Source: a bacterium | GTDB taxonomy: Bacteria > Patescibacteriota > Patescibacteriia > Patescibacteriales > UBA12465 | Length of the DNA stretch: 64,000 bases | Assembly: GCA_030696105.1 (NCBI GenBank) | Contig: JAUYNJ010000005.1 | Location: 13,678 to 77,677, forward strand | Reading direction: 5' to 3' | In this document: positions 42,334 through 51,606 of the stretch, piece after piece | Position numbering within the stretch: the first letter of the stretch is position 1 | How the letters are laid out: each line of letters begins with the position of its first letter | Made by a program: the position numbers and the translations under genes | The notes under the pieces: generated by a model | The model's database searches: none | What the model was told of the DNA's origin: nothing | Seen by the model: only the letters and a program-made list of their open reading frames with translations

Positions 42334-44815
42334 AAGACAATTCGGAAAATCATCTAAAGCGGTCTCGACGACTGACTCTTTTATTATTGATTTAAGAGCG
42401 GTCTATAGTAAACCGGTAGCCAAGGAGAATGCGCGGAAAGAAGTAATTAAGCAGGCGCCGATAAAAAAAGTCACAAAAAAAAATGCTCCGACTTTTTCCT
42501 TTGCTCTCTCGCGCGTTACCGAGCAAGTTTTACATAAAAAAAAGAAACGAAACTATTTTGATTGGGGCGGATTATTTAAGTCACCTCGACGCTATCGTTG
42601 GCACTTGGCTTCGATGTTGAGAACTGATCAGTACGTTTTTCCGCTGGCTGGGCGTCGGGCACGTCGTCGCTTTGCAAGGGATGCGGCCGTGAAATGGCGC
42701 AACATTACGGCTCGTATTACCAAGACTACAAAAAGCAAAGAAAAGGAAATTAAGGCAGAACATCTTGTTACTTGGTACCGCTCCTTGTTTGCCTTCGTAG
42801 CGGCTTTAATTTTCATTATCTTGCCATTTAAGCTTCTCGCTTATTTTAAAATTCTTGATTTCAGTGGTCTCAAAGATAATATTGTTTCAAGTTCATTTTC
42901 AGCTTTTGATAATTTAGCAGCGGCGTCCGATGAAGCCTCAAGTCTCGATTTAGCGGCTGCAGGCAACAGTTTTGGGCGAGCGGCGTCTGACTTTTCGGCG
43001 GCCCAAAAAGAATTAGGTCGGGTTGACGATTGGCTGTTCTCACTAGCAGCTTTTTCCCGTGACCCGCAAATTAAACTAGCCGCTTCTGGTAAAAAGTTTT
43101 TAGCCGTTGGACTGGCTGGCGCCGCTTTTGGACAGCACCTAAGTGCAGCCGGAGAAGTTTTTTTAAGTGAACACGGTGATCGTAGTTGGGGCAAATTAAT
43201 TGATGCTTTTGTGGAGCATGGGACACCTGCCTTAGCTAGTGCGCGTGATTTACAAACGGTATTAAATGACATTCAAGTAAGCGATTTGCCACTTGATTAT
43301 CAAGAACGCTTTACCAGCTACAAGCGCCAAGCTGACTTAGCGGTTGATGCTATGTCGACCCTTTTAAATTCAGCACAGGAAATAAAAGAGTTTATTGGCG
43401 TTAGTCACGATAAGCGCTATTTGCTTGTATTTCAAAATAACACCGAGATGAGAGGCTCCGGTGGGTTTTTAGGTAGTTACGCCTTAGTCGATATTCGCGA
43501 TGGACGTATTCGAAAACTTGAGGTGCCGGCGGGTGGCACATATGATACTGAGGCTGGGATGACTTCATATATTCGTTCACCCAAACCACTTTGGCTGGTG
43601 AACCCTCGTTGGTATCTTTGGGATGCAAATTGGTGGCCAGATTGGCCAACAACGGCACGTTCATTAATGTGGTTTTATGAAAAAAGCGACGGACCGACCG
43701 TTGATGGCGTGATTAGCTTTACGCCCGACGTGCTTGAGAATTTGTTGCGTATCACTGGTCCAATTGATTTGCGTCCAGAATATGAACTAACTGTTGACGC
43801 TGATACTTTTTGGGAACTAATTCAGGCGACAGTCGAAAAGCCAAATTTACAACTGACCCATCCAGAAGCAGTTGCGTCTTTACCAGACAGCCCGAAGAAT
43901 CAACCGAAGAAAATTATTGGCGACTTAATGGCGAAGATTTTAGAGCGCTTGCCAGAAGTTTTAACTGCAGAGAATGCCCCGGCTTTAGTTGGCGCTTTGG
44001 AGAAGAATTTAAGTGCCAAAAATATCATGCTATATTTTACCGACCCCTCTCTGCAGGAGAAGGTTTCGCGTTATCATCTTGATGGCGCCATGTTGCCTGC
44101 AAAGCAGGATTACTTACTCGTCGCTCACACCAATATTGCCGGTCAAAAAAGTGACAGGCGTATGGAAGAAAAGATTACGCACTCAGCTGAAATCTTAATG
44201 GACGGCACAGTTATTGATACTCTTACTATCCACCGGACGCACACCGGCATCAAGAATGAAGTACTAACAGGCGTTCGTAATGTGGACTGGTTACGTGTTT
44301 ACGTCCCTGAGGGCAGTCAGTTGCTTGAGGCAAGTGGATTCGATGTGCCTGATGCGTCATACTTTGAGGAGCCCGAAGCCGACTGGCAAGACTACAGCTT
44401 TGTTGCTGAAACAGAGGGTAAGGCAACGAGTGACTTACGCAGTGGCACAAGAATGTATACGGAAAATGGAAAGACCGTCTTTGCTAATTGGGTGATGACT
44501 GACCCCGGTAAAACCTCGGTCACCCGTTTTCGTTATCGTTTGCCGTTTAAAGTACAGAAGAATGAAATCAAAGACAACAATAAATTATTAGCTAAAATTG
44601 ACTCCATTTTAAATGGTGAGCCCGCTGAGCGACTTACTTATTCCTTGCTGTGGCAGAAGCAGCCTGGCGCTAAGCCAGCTCAAACTGAGTCTAAACTACT
44701 TTTGCCGCCAACTTGGAAGCAAGTCTGGAATTATCCGTACGCTGCTGCCTGGACGGTATTCGCCCCCTTAAATCGCGACCTGATGAAGGCGACCTTAATT
44801 GAAAAAATAAATTAA
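42320..44815 (+). CDS. DUF4012-type large extracytoplasmic protein with basic cytoplasmic N-terminal tail and single TM
   Basis: 831 aa. Arg/Lys-rich aa 1-150, TM at ~155-178, Ala-rich helical region, then RYLLVFQNNTEMRGSGGFLGSYALV, which I recall as the DUF4012 signature. 14-nt overlap with the GT4 gene. Confidence 0.72.
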   Translation: MLNDKRQFGKSSKAVSTTDSFIIDLRAVYSKPVAKENARKEVIKQAPIKKVTKKNAPTFSFALSRVTEQVLHKKKKRNYFDWGGLFKSPRRYRWHLASMLRTDQYVFPLAGRRARRRFARDAAVKWRNITARITKTTKSKEKEIKAEHLVTWYRSLFAFVAALIFIILPFKLLAYFKILDFSGLKDNIVSSSFSAFDNLAAASDEASSLDLAAAGNSFGRAASDFSAAQKELGRVDDWLFSLAAFSRDPQIKLAASGKKFLAVGLAGAAFGQHLSAAGEVFLSEHGDRSWGKLIDAFVEHGTPALASARDLQTVLNDIQVSDLPLDYQERFTSYKRQADLAVDAMSTLLNSAQEIKEFIGVSHDKRYLLVFQNNTEMRGSGGFLGSYALVDIRDGRIRKLEVPAGGTYDTEAGMTSYIRSPKPLWLVNPRWYLWDANWWPDWPTTARSLMWFYEKSDGPTVDGVISFTPDVLENLLRITGPIDLRPEYELTVDADTFWELIQATVEKPNLQLTHPEAVASLPDSPKNQPKKIIGDLMAKILERLPEVLTAENAPALVGALEKNLSAKNIMLYFTDPSLQEKVSRYHLDGAMLPAKQDYLLVAHTNIAGQKSDRRMEEKITHSAEILMDGTVIDTLTIHRTHTGIKNEVLTGVRNVDWLRVYVPEGSQLLEASGFDVPDASYFEEPEADWQDYSFVAETEGKATSDLRSGTRMYTENGKTVFANWVMTDPGKTSVTRFRYRLPFKVQKNEIKDNNKLLAKIDSILNGEPAERLTYSLLWQKQPGAKPAQTESKLLLPPTWKQVWNYPYAAAWTVFAPLNRDLMKATLIEKIN

Positions 44816-44819
44816 ACAT

Positions 44820-46805
44820 ATGCCAGTAATCAAGAAAAAAAGAACAACAGCCGCAAAAGATAAGACGGCCGCTAGTCTCGCCACTTTCTTGGAGCGACCA
44901 TTGCCAGATTCAGATGAGGTTTCCCGCTTTGAGGATGCAGTCTTGAAAGAGGCTCGCAGTGATGAAGTCGAAGAAAATCTTTCAGCGATTTATCATGACG
45001 GTGATGGTCAGTTAGTCGATGTTACTAAAGTACAGCAAAAAAAACGATTAAAGTTAATTACTTTTTTTAAGCAGGTGGTGGTGTTAACAATAATTGCCTG
45101 CGGAGTATATGGCGTTTATCTTTATTCTCAAAAGCCAGCTGGAGCCGAGGTCATTGAGTTGAACGTGATTGCCCCGGAAAGAGCGATGGTGGGTGAAATG
45201 ATCGCCTATCGTTTAGAGTATCGCAATGATAGTGGCATGCAGCTCTCTGATGTTAAGTTAGAGGCAATACTGCCGTCCAGTTTTGTTTTAGCCGATAGTA
45301 GTCCTGAGCCAAGTGGCGTTAATTCCTGGCAACTCGGCGACTTGGCAGAGAACGCTAGTGGGTCCGTAACAATTAACGGCTATTTAGTAGCGCCAACAGA
45401 TTCACCTAACGTGCTGGTTGCGCGTCTAACTTATACACCAGCTAACTTTTCTAGTGGCTTTAAAAAAGAAGCCAGTGCTAATACTGTTATATCCGCTCTA
45501 GGCTTTAGCGTCACGGTTGATTATTCAAATACCGCCCTTTTGGGACAAGCAAATGAGTTTAAGTTAAATCTCAATGGCTTTAAATCAAATTTACTAGAAA
45601 GCTTTTATCTTGATGTTTCGGGCTCAGACAACCTCAGTATTAGTCGCGTTGGTGATAATGCCACATCTAGTGTCACGAGTGGTGAGACGGCGGGACCAAA
45701 AGTTGAAACGGCCGGGGAGGGCAGATGGCAAATTAGCGGACTTGAATCTAATTCTGAGGAACGTTTTTCGGTGCCGATATTATTTAAGTTGAACGAAAAA
45801 AATGAAGCTAAAGAAGATTTGCGTCTACGTTTCTTTAAGAAAGAGGCGGACGGTAGCGAGCGCATTTTTTGGGAAAGAACAATCAGTTTTGACGTCATGA
45901 AAAGTGACCTCAATCTCAATTTAACGCTTAATGGCGAAAAGACAGATCAGGCCCTTGATTACGGCTCCGAATTAAATTATAGTCTTGCCTATTCAAATAA
46001 TGGCGACGCCACTCTTTACGACCTGGTCTTGATGGTTGTGGTTAAGGGCGACGCTGTTTCCTGGAAAGGTTTGAAAGATCCTAGCGGGGGCAGCCTAACC
46101 GGCAACGCCATCTTGTGGACCAAGGAAGACATTTCCGCCTTGGCCGAAGTAGCACCGGCAGCTAAGGGCACAATTGACTTCTCGCTCAAGGTTAAGGAAT
46201 TCACTAATAATTCAATTGCAGAAAGTGCGGAAATTGTAAGCTACGCTCAGTATGGTTTAAATAATAATCAGGGTGACGGTAGCGATGATAATAAGAGTAA
46301 TACTATTAAAGGTCTCTTAAACTCTAACCTCTCACTTGCCGAGAAAATAATGTACTTTAATGATGACAATATTCCGGTTGGCTCTGGACCTTTGCCTCCC
46401 CGCGTGGGTGAGCAGACCAGTGTGCGTGTCTATTGGACGGTAAAGAATAATCTTCATGACTTACAAGACACTGAAGCGCACATGAGATTGCCTTTAGGCG
46501 TCGAGTGGGTTGGCTCAAATCATACTAATGTCGGCACCTTGTCGTATGATCCGCAGACGCGTGAAGTTAAATGGCGTCTCGGTTATTTGCCGACGAATGT
46601 TTATCGCGCGGACGCAGAATTTTCTATTAGTATTACACCAACCGAATCTGATCGTAATAAAATTCTCGTGCTATCTCCGGGCAGTACAATTACCGCAATT
46701 GATGCGGTGACCAAGGCAAATTTAAGTAGGCAAACTACCGCCAAGACAACAAAGCTTGAAGATGACGAAATTGCTGGTTTATCTAATAACGGCCGCGTAG
46801 AATAA
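44820..46805 (+). CDS. single-pass surface protein with DUF11/CARDB-like Ig-fold repeats
   Basis: 661 aa. Cytoplasmic aa 1-80, TM (VVVLTIIACGVYGVYLY), and repeated modules of the type MIAYRLEYRNDSGMQLSDVKLEAILP and LNYSLAYSNNGDATLYDLVL. Confidence 0.6.
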   Translation: MPVIKKKRTTAAKDKTAASLATFLERPLPDSDEVSRFEDAVLKEARSDEVEENLSAIYHDGDGQLVDVTKVQQKKRLKLITFFKQVVVLTIIACGVYGVYLYSQKPAGAEVIELNVIAPERAMVGEMIAYRLEYRNDSGMQLSDVKLEAILPSSFVLADSSPEPSGVNSWQLGDLAENASGSVTINGYLVAPTDSPNVLVARLTYTPANFSSGFKKEASANTVISALGFSVTVDYSNTALLGQANEFKLNLNGFKSNLLESFYLDVSGSDNLSISRVGDNATSSVTSGETAGPKVETAGEGRWQISGLESNSEERFSVPILFKLNEKNEAKEDLRLRFFKKEADGSERIFWERTISFDVMKSDLNLNLTLNGEKTDQALDYGSELNYSLAYSNNGDATLYDLVLMVVVKGDAVSWKGLKDPSGGSLTGNAILWTKEDISALAEVAPAAKGTIDFSLKVKEFTNNSIAESAEIVSYAQYGLNNNQGDGSDDNKSNTIKGLLNSNLSLAEKIMYFNDDNIPVGSGPLPPRVGEQTSVRVYWTVKNNLHDLQDTEAHMRLPLGVEWVGSNHTNVGTLSYDPQTREVKWRLGYLPTNVYRADAEFSISITPTESDRNKILVLSPGSTITAIDAVTKANLSRQTTAKTTKLEDDEIAGLSNNGRVE

Positions 46806-46807
46806 TT

Positions 46808-47977
46808 ATGTCCGGATTCAAATTGAAATCAAACAACAAAAGACTGCGCGAGGGGCGCATAACGACAGCACATGGCAAATTGTCGACGCCTTTTTTTATG
46901 CCTGATGCGACCAGAGCATTTGTAAAAGGGAATACGACTGACGATGTAAAACGTGCTCAGACTGAAGCGATGGTGGTTAATACTTTCCACCTCTATCTTC
47001 AGCCTGGTCGTGAGTTAATTAAAAAAGCTGGTGGCGTGCATGCCTTTATGGACTGGAACGGCCCTCTGCTGTCCGACTCTGGGGGTTTTCAAGTATTCTC
47101 GCTTATTCACCGCTCAAGCGGCATGGGTAAAATAGATGACGAAAAAGTTTCATTTAAATCGCCGATTGATGGTTCTAAGCATGAACTAACTCCTGAAAAA
47201 TCAATTCAAATACAATTTGAGCTTGGTGTCGATATGATGGTTTGTCTTGATGACTGCCCGCCTAATGACTGGCCTAAGGATAAATTAGCGCTTGCGGTTA
47301 AACGCAGTCTTGAATGGGCGGCTCGCTGCAAGGCGGAATATTTACGACAGTTAAAACGTCGTAAAATTGAAGAGTCGAAGAGACCATTATTATTCGCCGT
47401 CGTACAAGGTGGTGACTACGAGGACTTACGTCGTGACTGTGCTGCGGCCTTAGTAGCTATCGGTTTCGATGGTTACGGTTTCGGCGCCAGACCGGTTGAT
47501 AAGGATGGTATTTTTTTAGCAGACACACTATTTAAAACTGCGAGTTTTATACCAGAAAATTCCTTACGCTTTGCACTTGGCGTCGGTACGCCCGAGGATA
47601 TTTATCGCTGCTATTTAATGGGCTGGGATATGTTTGATTGTGTTATTCCGACAAGGGAAGGCAGGCACGGTAAGCTATTCTTCTTTAATGAAAGCTTTAA
47701 AGGCTTCAAAGCGCCGACAGGTAAACAGGGACCAATATCAAAATTTCCGAAGTTTTACGCAGCGAAGAATATAAGCAATGCGGCTTATGCTACCGATTTC
47801 TCTCCGATTAATCCGTGCTCAGACATAGCCGAATTAAGACAATATTCTAAGGCTTTCTTGCATCACTTATTTAGACTAAAAGAGCCCCTAGGTCAAAAAT
47901 TAGCCAGCTTGAATAATCTTGAGTTTTATAACCGCTTAATGAGAGAATTACGTAAAATTAAACAAAATTCAGTGTAA
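46808..47977 (+). CDS. tgt: tRNA-guanine transglycosylase family protein (atypical: zinc ligands absent)
   Basis: 389 aa. LSDSGGFQVFSL, MVCLDDC, LGVGTPEDI and MFDCVIPTR are conserved. The CxCxxC...H zinc site is replaced (NPCSDIAEL...SLNNL). Starts 2 nt after the upstream stop. Confidence 0.82.
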   Translation: MSGFKLKSNNKRLREGRITTAHGKLSTPFFMPDATRAFVKGNTTDDVKRAQTEAMVVNTFHLYLQPGRELIKKAGGVHAFMDWNGPLLSDSGGFQVFSLIHRSSGMGKIDDEKVSFKSPIDGSKHELTPEKSIQIQFELGVDMMVCLDDCPPNDWPKDKLALAVKRSLEWAARCKAEYLRQLKRRKIEESKRPLLFAVVQGGDYEDLRRDCAAALVAIGFDGYGFGARPVDKDGIFLADTLFKTASFIPENSLRFALGVGTPEDIYRCYLMGWDMFDCVIPTREGRHGKLFFFNESFKGFKAPTGKQGPISKFPKFYAAKNISNAAYATDFSPINPCSDIAELRQYSKAFLHHLFRLKEPLGQKLASLNNLEFYNRLMRELRKIKQNSV

Positions 47978-48088
47978 ATGCTATTTTTTTATTTCGAATT
48001 GTTCTATAATATTTCTGTAAATCAATAATTTAAGAAACAGCAAAAAACGAGCGCCTGTTTTAAGGTCTTTTTTATTTTGCCGCAATTT

Positions 48089-49123
48089 ATGTCCACAAGA
48101 ATAATCGCCACAATCGGGCCCAAGAGTGAGTCCCCAGAAAATTTATTAGCTTTGTTTAAGGCTGGGGTAGATATGGTCAGAATTAATTTCTCGCACGCTA
48201 GCTATGAGCAGTATAAGCGCATCCAAAAGTTTATTAATGCTTATAATGCCGAGTCAGAGCAGCATCATGTTTGTTTAATGCTAGACCTTCAGGGGCCACG
48301 TATTCGTGTGGGGCAAATGCCCGAAGACGGTATCTTAATGGTTGAAAATGAAATCTATCGTTTCGCATATCAAAAAAAAGCTTACGAGAAAAAAGGTGAT
48401 ATCATTCCAATTGATAGTATTGATTTATATAAGGATATAAAAAAGAAGGAAGCGCTTTTCTTATGTAATGGCGCCATTGAGCTGATAGTACTGGAAGTAA
48501 AAAATAAAGTAATTACCGCGCAGGTTGTAAACGGCGGCGTTTTAAGTACTCGTAAAGGTATTAATGTCCCTAACACCCACATTCGTAAAGGAGGAATGAC
48601 GGCTAAGGATATTAAGGATGTAAAATTCGGCATTAAAGCAGGTATGGATTATATTGCTCTTTCCTTCGTGCAGACAGGCGATGATGTTTTGCGCTTACGC
48701 CGCATGTTGGGTAAGAAAAGTAAAGTAAAAATTATTTCCAAGATTGAACGCGGTATTGCCTTAAAGAATATTGACCGCATAATTTCCGCTTCAGATGCTA
48801 TTATGGTGGCAAGAGGCGACCTCGGTATTGAAGTGCCGATTGAAGATTTACCGATTGTGCAAAAAAATCTCGTACGCCATGCTCATTGGCATAATCGACC
48901 AGCAATTATTGCTACGCAAATTATGACTTCGATGATAAAAAACCCGCATCCTACTCGGGCTGAAATTTCTGATATTGCTAATGCTGTTTTTGACGGCGCC
49001 GATATGGTAATGCTATCAGACGAGACGACGGTTGGCGACTATCCAATTGAAGCTGTGCGACTTTTAAGAAAAGTAATTTCACGTACTGAGAAACATATCT
49101 ATAAAGACAATATTATTAACTAA
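48089..49123 (+). CDS. pyk: pyruvate kinase, short form lacking the C-terminal regulatory domain
   Basis: MSTRIIATIGP, VRINFSH and MVARGDLGIEV. 344 aa from ATG 48089 (ORF track TTG 48077). Confidence 0.88.
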   Translation: MSTRIIATIGPKSESPENLLALFKAGVDMVRINFSHASYEQYKRIQKFINAYNAESEQHHVCLMLDLQGPRIRVGQMPEDGILMVENEIYRFAYQKKAYEKKGDIIPIDSIDLYKDIKKKEALFLCNGAIELIVLEVKNKVITAQVVNGGVLSTRKGINVPNTHIRKGGMTAKDIKDVKFGIKAGMDYIALSFVQTGDDVLRLRRMLGKKSKVKIISKIERGIALKNIDRIISASDAIMVARGDLGIEVPIEDLPIVQKNLVRHAHWHNRPAIIATQIMTSMIKNPHPTRAEISDIANAVFDGADMVMLSDETTVGDYPIEAVRLLRKVISRTEKHIYKDNIIN

Positions 49124-49131
49124 GCAATCAT

Positions 49132-50421
49132 ATGAAGATTAAATCAATTAAGGCCTTAGAAATTCTTGATTCAAGAGGTAATCCTACGGTGACTGCCAAG
49201 GTTGTCTTAGAGAATGGGGCGATGGGGCAGGCAGCGGTGCCATCAGGCGCCTCGACCGGTAGTTACGAGGCAGTTGAGCTGCGCGATGGTGACAAGGGTC
49301 GCTATCATGGCGCTGGCGTCTTAAAAGCAATTGAAAATATCGAAAAGGTGATTGCCCCTAGTCTAATTGGTATGGAGGCAGAGAATCAAGATGCTATTGA
49401 CGCCAAAATGATTGAAATTGACGGCACTGAAAATAAAGCGAAGCTTGGCGCTAATGCTATTTTAGCGGTGTCGCTCGCAGTTTCAAGAGCGGCAGCTTCA
49501 GCTGCTGGCGTGCCTTTGTATCAGTATTTAAGTAAGCTCAACCCTGATTTTAAAGGCAAATATGTGCTGCCGGTACCAATGATGAATGTATTAAACGGCG
49601 GCAAACACGCCGACTGGGCAACTGACATTCAAGAATACATGATTTTACCTACTGGTGCCAAAGATTTTGCGGCCGCTGTTAGAATGTGCGCCGAAATTTA
49701 TCAGTCACTGAAGAAAATTTTAAAATCAAAGAAGTATGCTATTAGCGTAGGTGATGAGGGCGGCTTTGCGCCAGCTTTCAAAGATAACGAAGAACCTTTT
49801 CAGGTTTTAGCTGAAGCGGCTTTTGAGGCTGGGTATAAAGTTGGCACTGATTTAGTCTTTGGTATTGATGCGGCTGCGACTGAGTTTTTCAATGATGGCT
49901 CTTATCATTTAAATAAAGAAGGCAAGACTCTCACTAGCTCCGAGTTAATTGCTTTTTATGATGACTTAACAAAGCGTCACGCCTTAGTATCATTTGAAGA
50001 TATCTTGGCGGAAGATGATTGGCAGGGTTTTGCTGATTTCACTGCAGCCTTCGCACCTTCATGCCAAATAGTTGGCGATGATTTGTTTGTAACGAATGTG
50101 TCACGTTTAGAGCGGGGTATCAGCGAAAAAAGTTGCAATTCAATTTTAATCAAACTTAATCAGATTGGCACGATTTCAGAAACGGTAGCAGCAATTTTAC
50201 TTGCACGGAAAAATGGCATGACATCAGTTATCTCGCATCGCAGTGGTGAAACCGAAGATACGTTCATTGCTGATTTCGTGGTGGCGATGGGCACGGGGCA
50301 AATTAAGACAGGTGCTCCATGCCGCAGTGAACGCACCGCTAAATATAATCGTTTACTGGAAATAGAGCAGGAGCTTGGCGATCAAGCTAGTTACTACCAG
50401 TTTCCCTTTGCTGGTCGATAG
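49132..50421 (+). CDS. eno: enolase
   Basis: 429 aa. ILDSRGNPTV, SHRSGETEDT and KTGAPCRSERTAKYN. Confidence 0.95.
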   Translation: MKIKSIKALEILDSRGNPTVTAKVVLENGAMGQAAVPSGASTGSYEAVELRDGDKGRYHGAGVLKAIENIEKVIAPSLIGMEAENQDAIDAKMIEIDGTENKAKLGANAILAVSLAVSRAAASAAGVPLYQYLSKLNPDFKGKYVLPVPMMNVLNGGKHADWATDIQEYMILPTGAKDFAAAVRMCAEIYQSLKKILKSKKYAISVGDEGGFAPAFKDNEEPFQVLAEAAFEAGYKVGTDLVFGIDAAATEFFNDGSYHLNKEGKTLTSSELIAFYDDLTKRHALVSFEDILAEDDWQGFADFTAAFAPSCQIVGDDLFVTNVSRLERGISEKSCNSILIKLNQIGTISETVAAILLARKNGMTSVISHRSGETEDTFIADFVVAMGTGQIKTGAPCRSERTAKYNRLLEIEQELGDQASYYQFPFAGR

Positions 50422-50433
50422 AACTTCTTTTTT

Positions 50434-50455
50434 AGCGCCCTTCGGGGCGCTTTTA
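50434..50455 (+). terminator. rho-independent terminator
   Basis: AGCGCCC-TTCG-GGGCGCT followed by TTT. Confidence 0.7.
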
Positions 50456-50491
50456 CGTAGATTAATTTGAAGAAATTGATTGAAACACCAT

Positions 50492-51598
50492 ATGAAATAC
50501 ATTTATATTATTTTAAATATTAGCTCCGCCCTGTTTATCCATTTTTTGCTTTATTCTGTTTGGATATATTTTTATCATATCGATAATATTTATTTACAGA
50601 TGACTTTAGGGGCTCTACTGTTTCTTAGTGTAGTGCTAACAGTTTTAGCGCCGACTTTAGTGCATTTGTATGATAGTATCGTTAGTCGCGCCCTTTATCT
50701 TGTTATTGCTTTGTGGTGGGGACTAATGTTAAATATCGCTTTGGTGGCTGGAGCGTTGTTTTTACTTGAGGGCCTTGGTATTGTGTTCTCTTTTTCTTTG
50801 TCTGACTCTATTCGGGTAATTGCCATCGGGATAGTGCCATTGTTAATGCTACTGCCTGAAGCTTGGGCAGCACAGAGCCATAAGATTATCCGTGCCACCG
50901 TTAAAATAAAAGATTTGCCGGCAGCCTGGGCGGGGAAGGAAGTGGTTCATATTTCCGATGTTCATCTCGGTCCAATTTGGAGACAACGTTTCTATGATAA
51001 TTTAGTTGCGAAAATTAACAGCTTAAATCCGGCCGCGGTCTTTATATCGGGCGATCTGTTTGATGGTATGGAGACAGATTTTTCCTGGTTTCGTAAGCGT
51101 ATAATTAATACCAGCTACGGCGTGTATTATGCGCTTGGTAATCACGACTTAAATTTAGGCGCTAATCGTGTTAGGTCTCTGCTTGCTGACTCGGGTATTG
51201 AGATTTTGGAAAATAATCTAAAGGAAGTTGAGGGCTTGCAGATTCTAGGCTTAACCTGCTACTATGAAGGCCGACTTGATGTTAAGGGAAAGATTTTGGA
51301 AAGTGTCGGTTATGATGACAAAAAGCCAAGTATTATGCTCTATCATGAGCCAAAAGATACGGACGCAGCCGCTGCTGCGGGCATTGATTTGCAGCTTTCG
51401 GGACATACCCACGCCGGCCAAATGTTCCCTTTAAATTTAGTATCAAAACTATTGTACAGCGGTTTTCAGGTCGGTGTGCATAACTTAAATGGATTTACCA
51501 TCTCGCATACTGCCGGCGCAGGCACCTGGGGTCCGCCATTGAGGCTCGGTCGGCGCTCAGAAATAGTTTTATTGAAACTAGAGCCAGCGGTTAAATAA
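50492..51598 (+). CDS. membrane-anchored metallophosphoesterase
   Basis: Four N-terminal TM helices, then HISDVHLG, GDLFDG, GNHD and SGHTHAGQ. ATG 50492 (ORF track TTG 50480). Confidence 0.85.
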   Translation: MKYIYIILNISSALFIHFLLYSVWIYFYHIDNIYLQMTLGALLFLSVVLTVLAPTLVHLYDSIVSRALYLVIALWWGLMLNIALVAGALFLLEGLGIVFSFSLSDSIRVIAIGIVPLLMLLPEAWAAQSHKIIRATVKIKDLPAAWAGKEVVHISDVHLGPIWRQRFYDNLVAKINSLNPAAVFISGDLFDGMETDFSWFRKRIINTSYGVYYALGNHDLNLGANRVRSLLADSGIEILENNLKEVEGLQILGLTCYYEGRLDVKGKILESVGYDDKKPSIMLYHEPKDTDAAAAAGIDLQLSGHTHAGQMFPLNLVSKLLYSGFQVGVHNLNGFTISHTAGAGTWGPPLRLGRRSEIVLLKLEPAVK

Positions 51599-51606
51599 TA
51601 ACAAAT

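Noticed and set aside
42841-43272. 143-aa minus-strand ORF inside the DUF4012 gene, with similar antisense ORFs at 5190-5975 inside the adaptor gene
   Set aside because: These are antisense ORFs opened by Ala-rich GCN-repeat coding on the sense strand. They are low-complexity Ala/Ser/Pro products with no start context.
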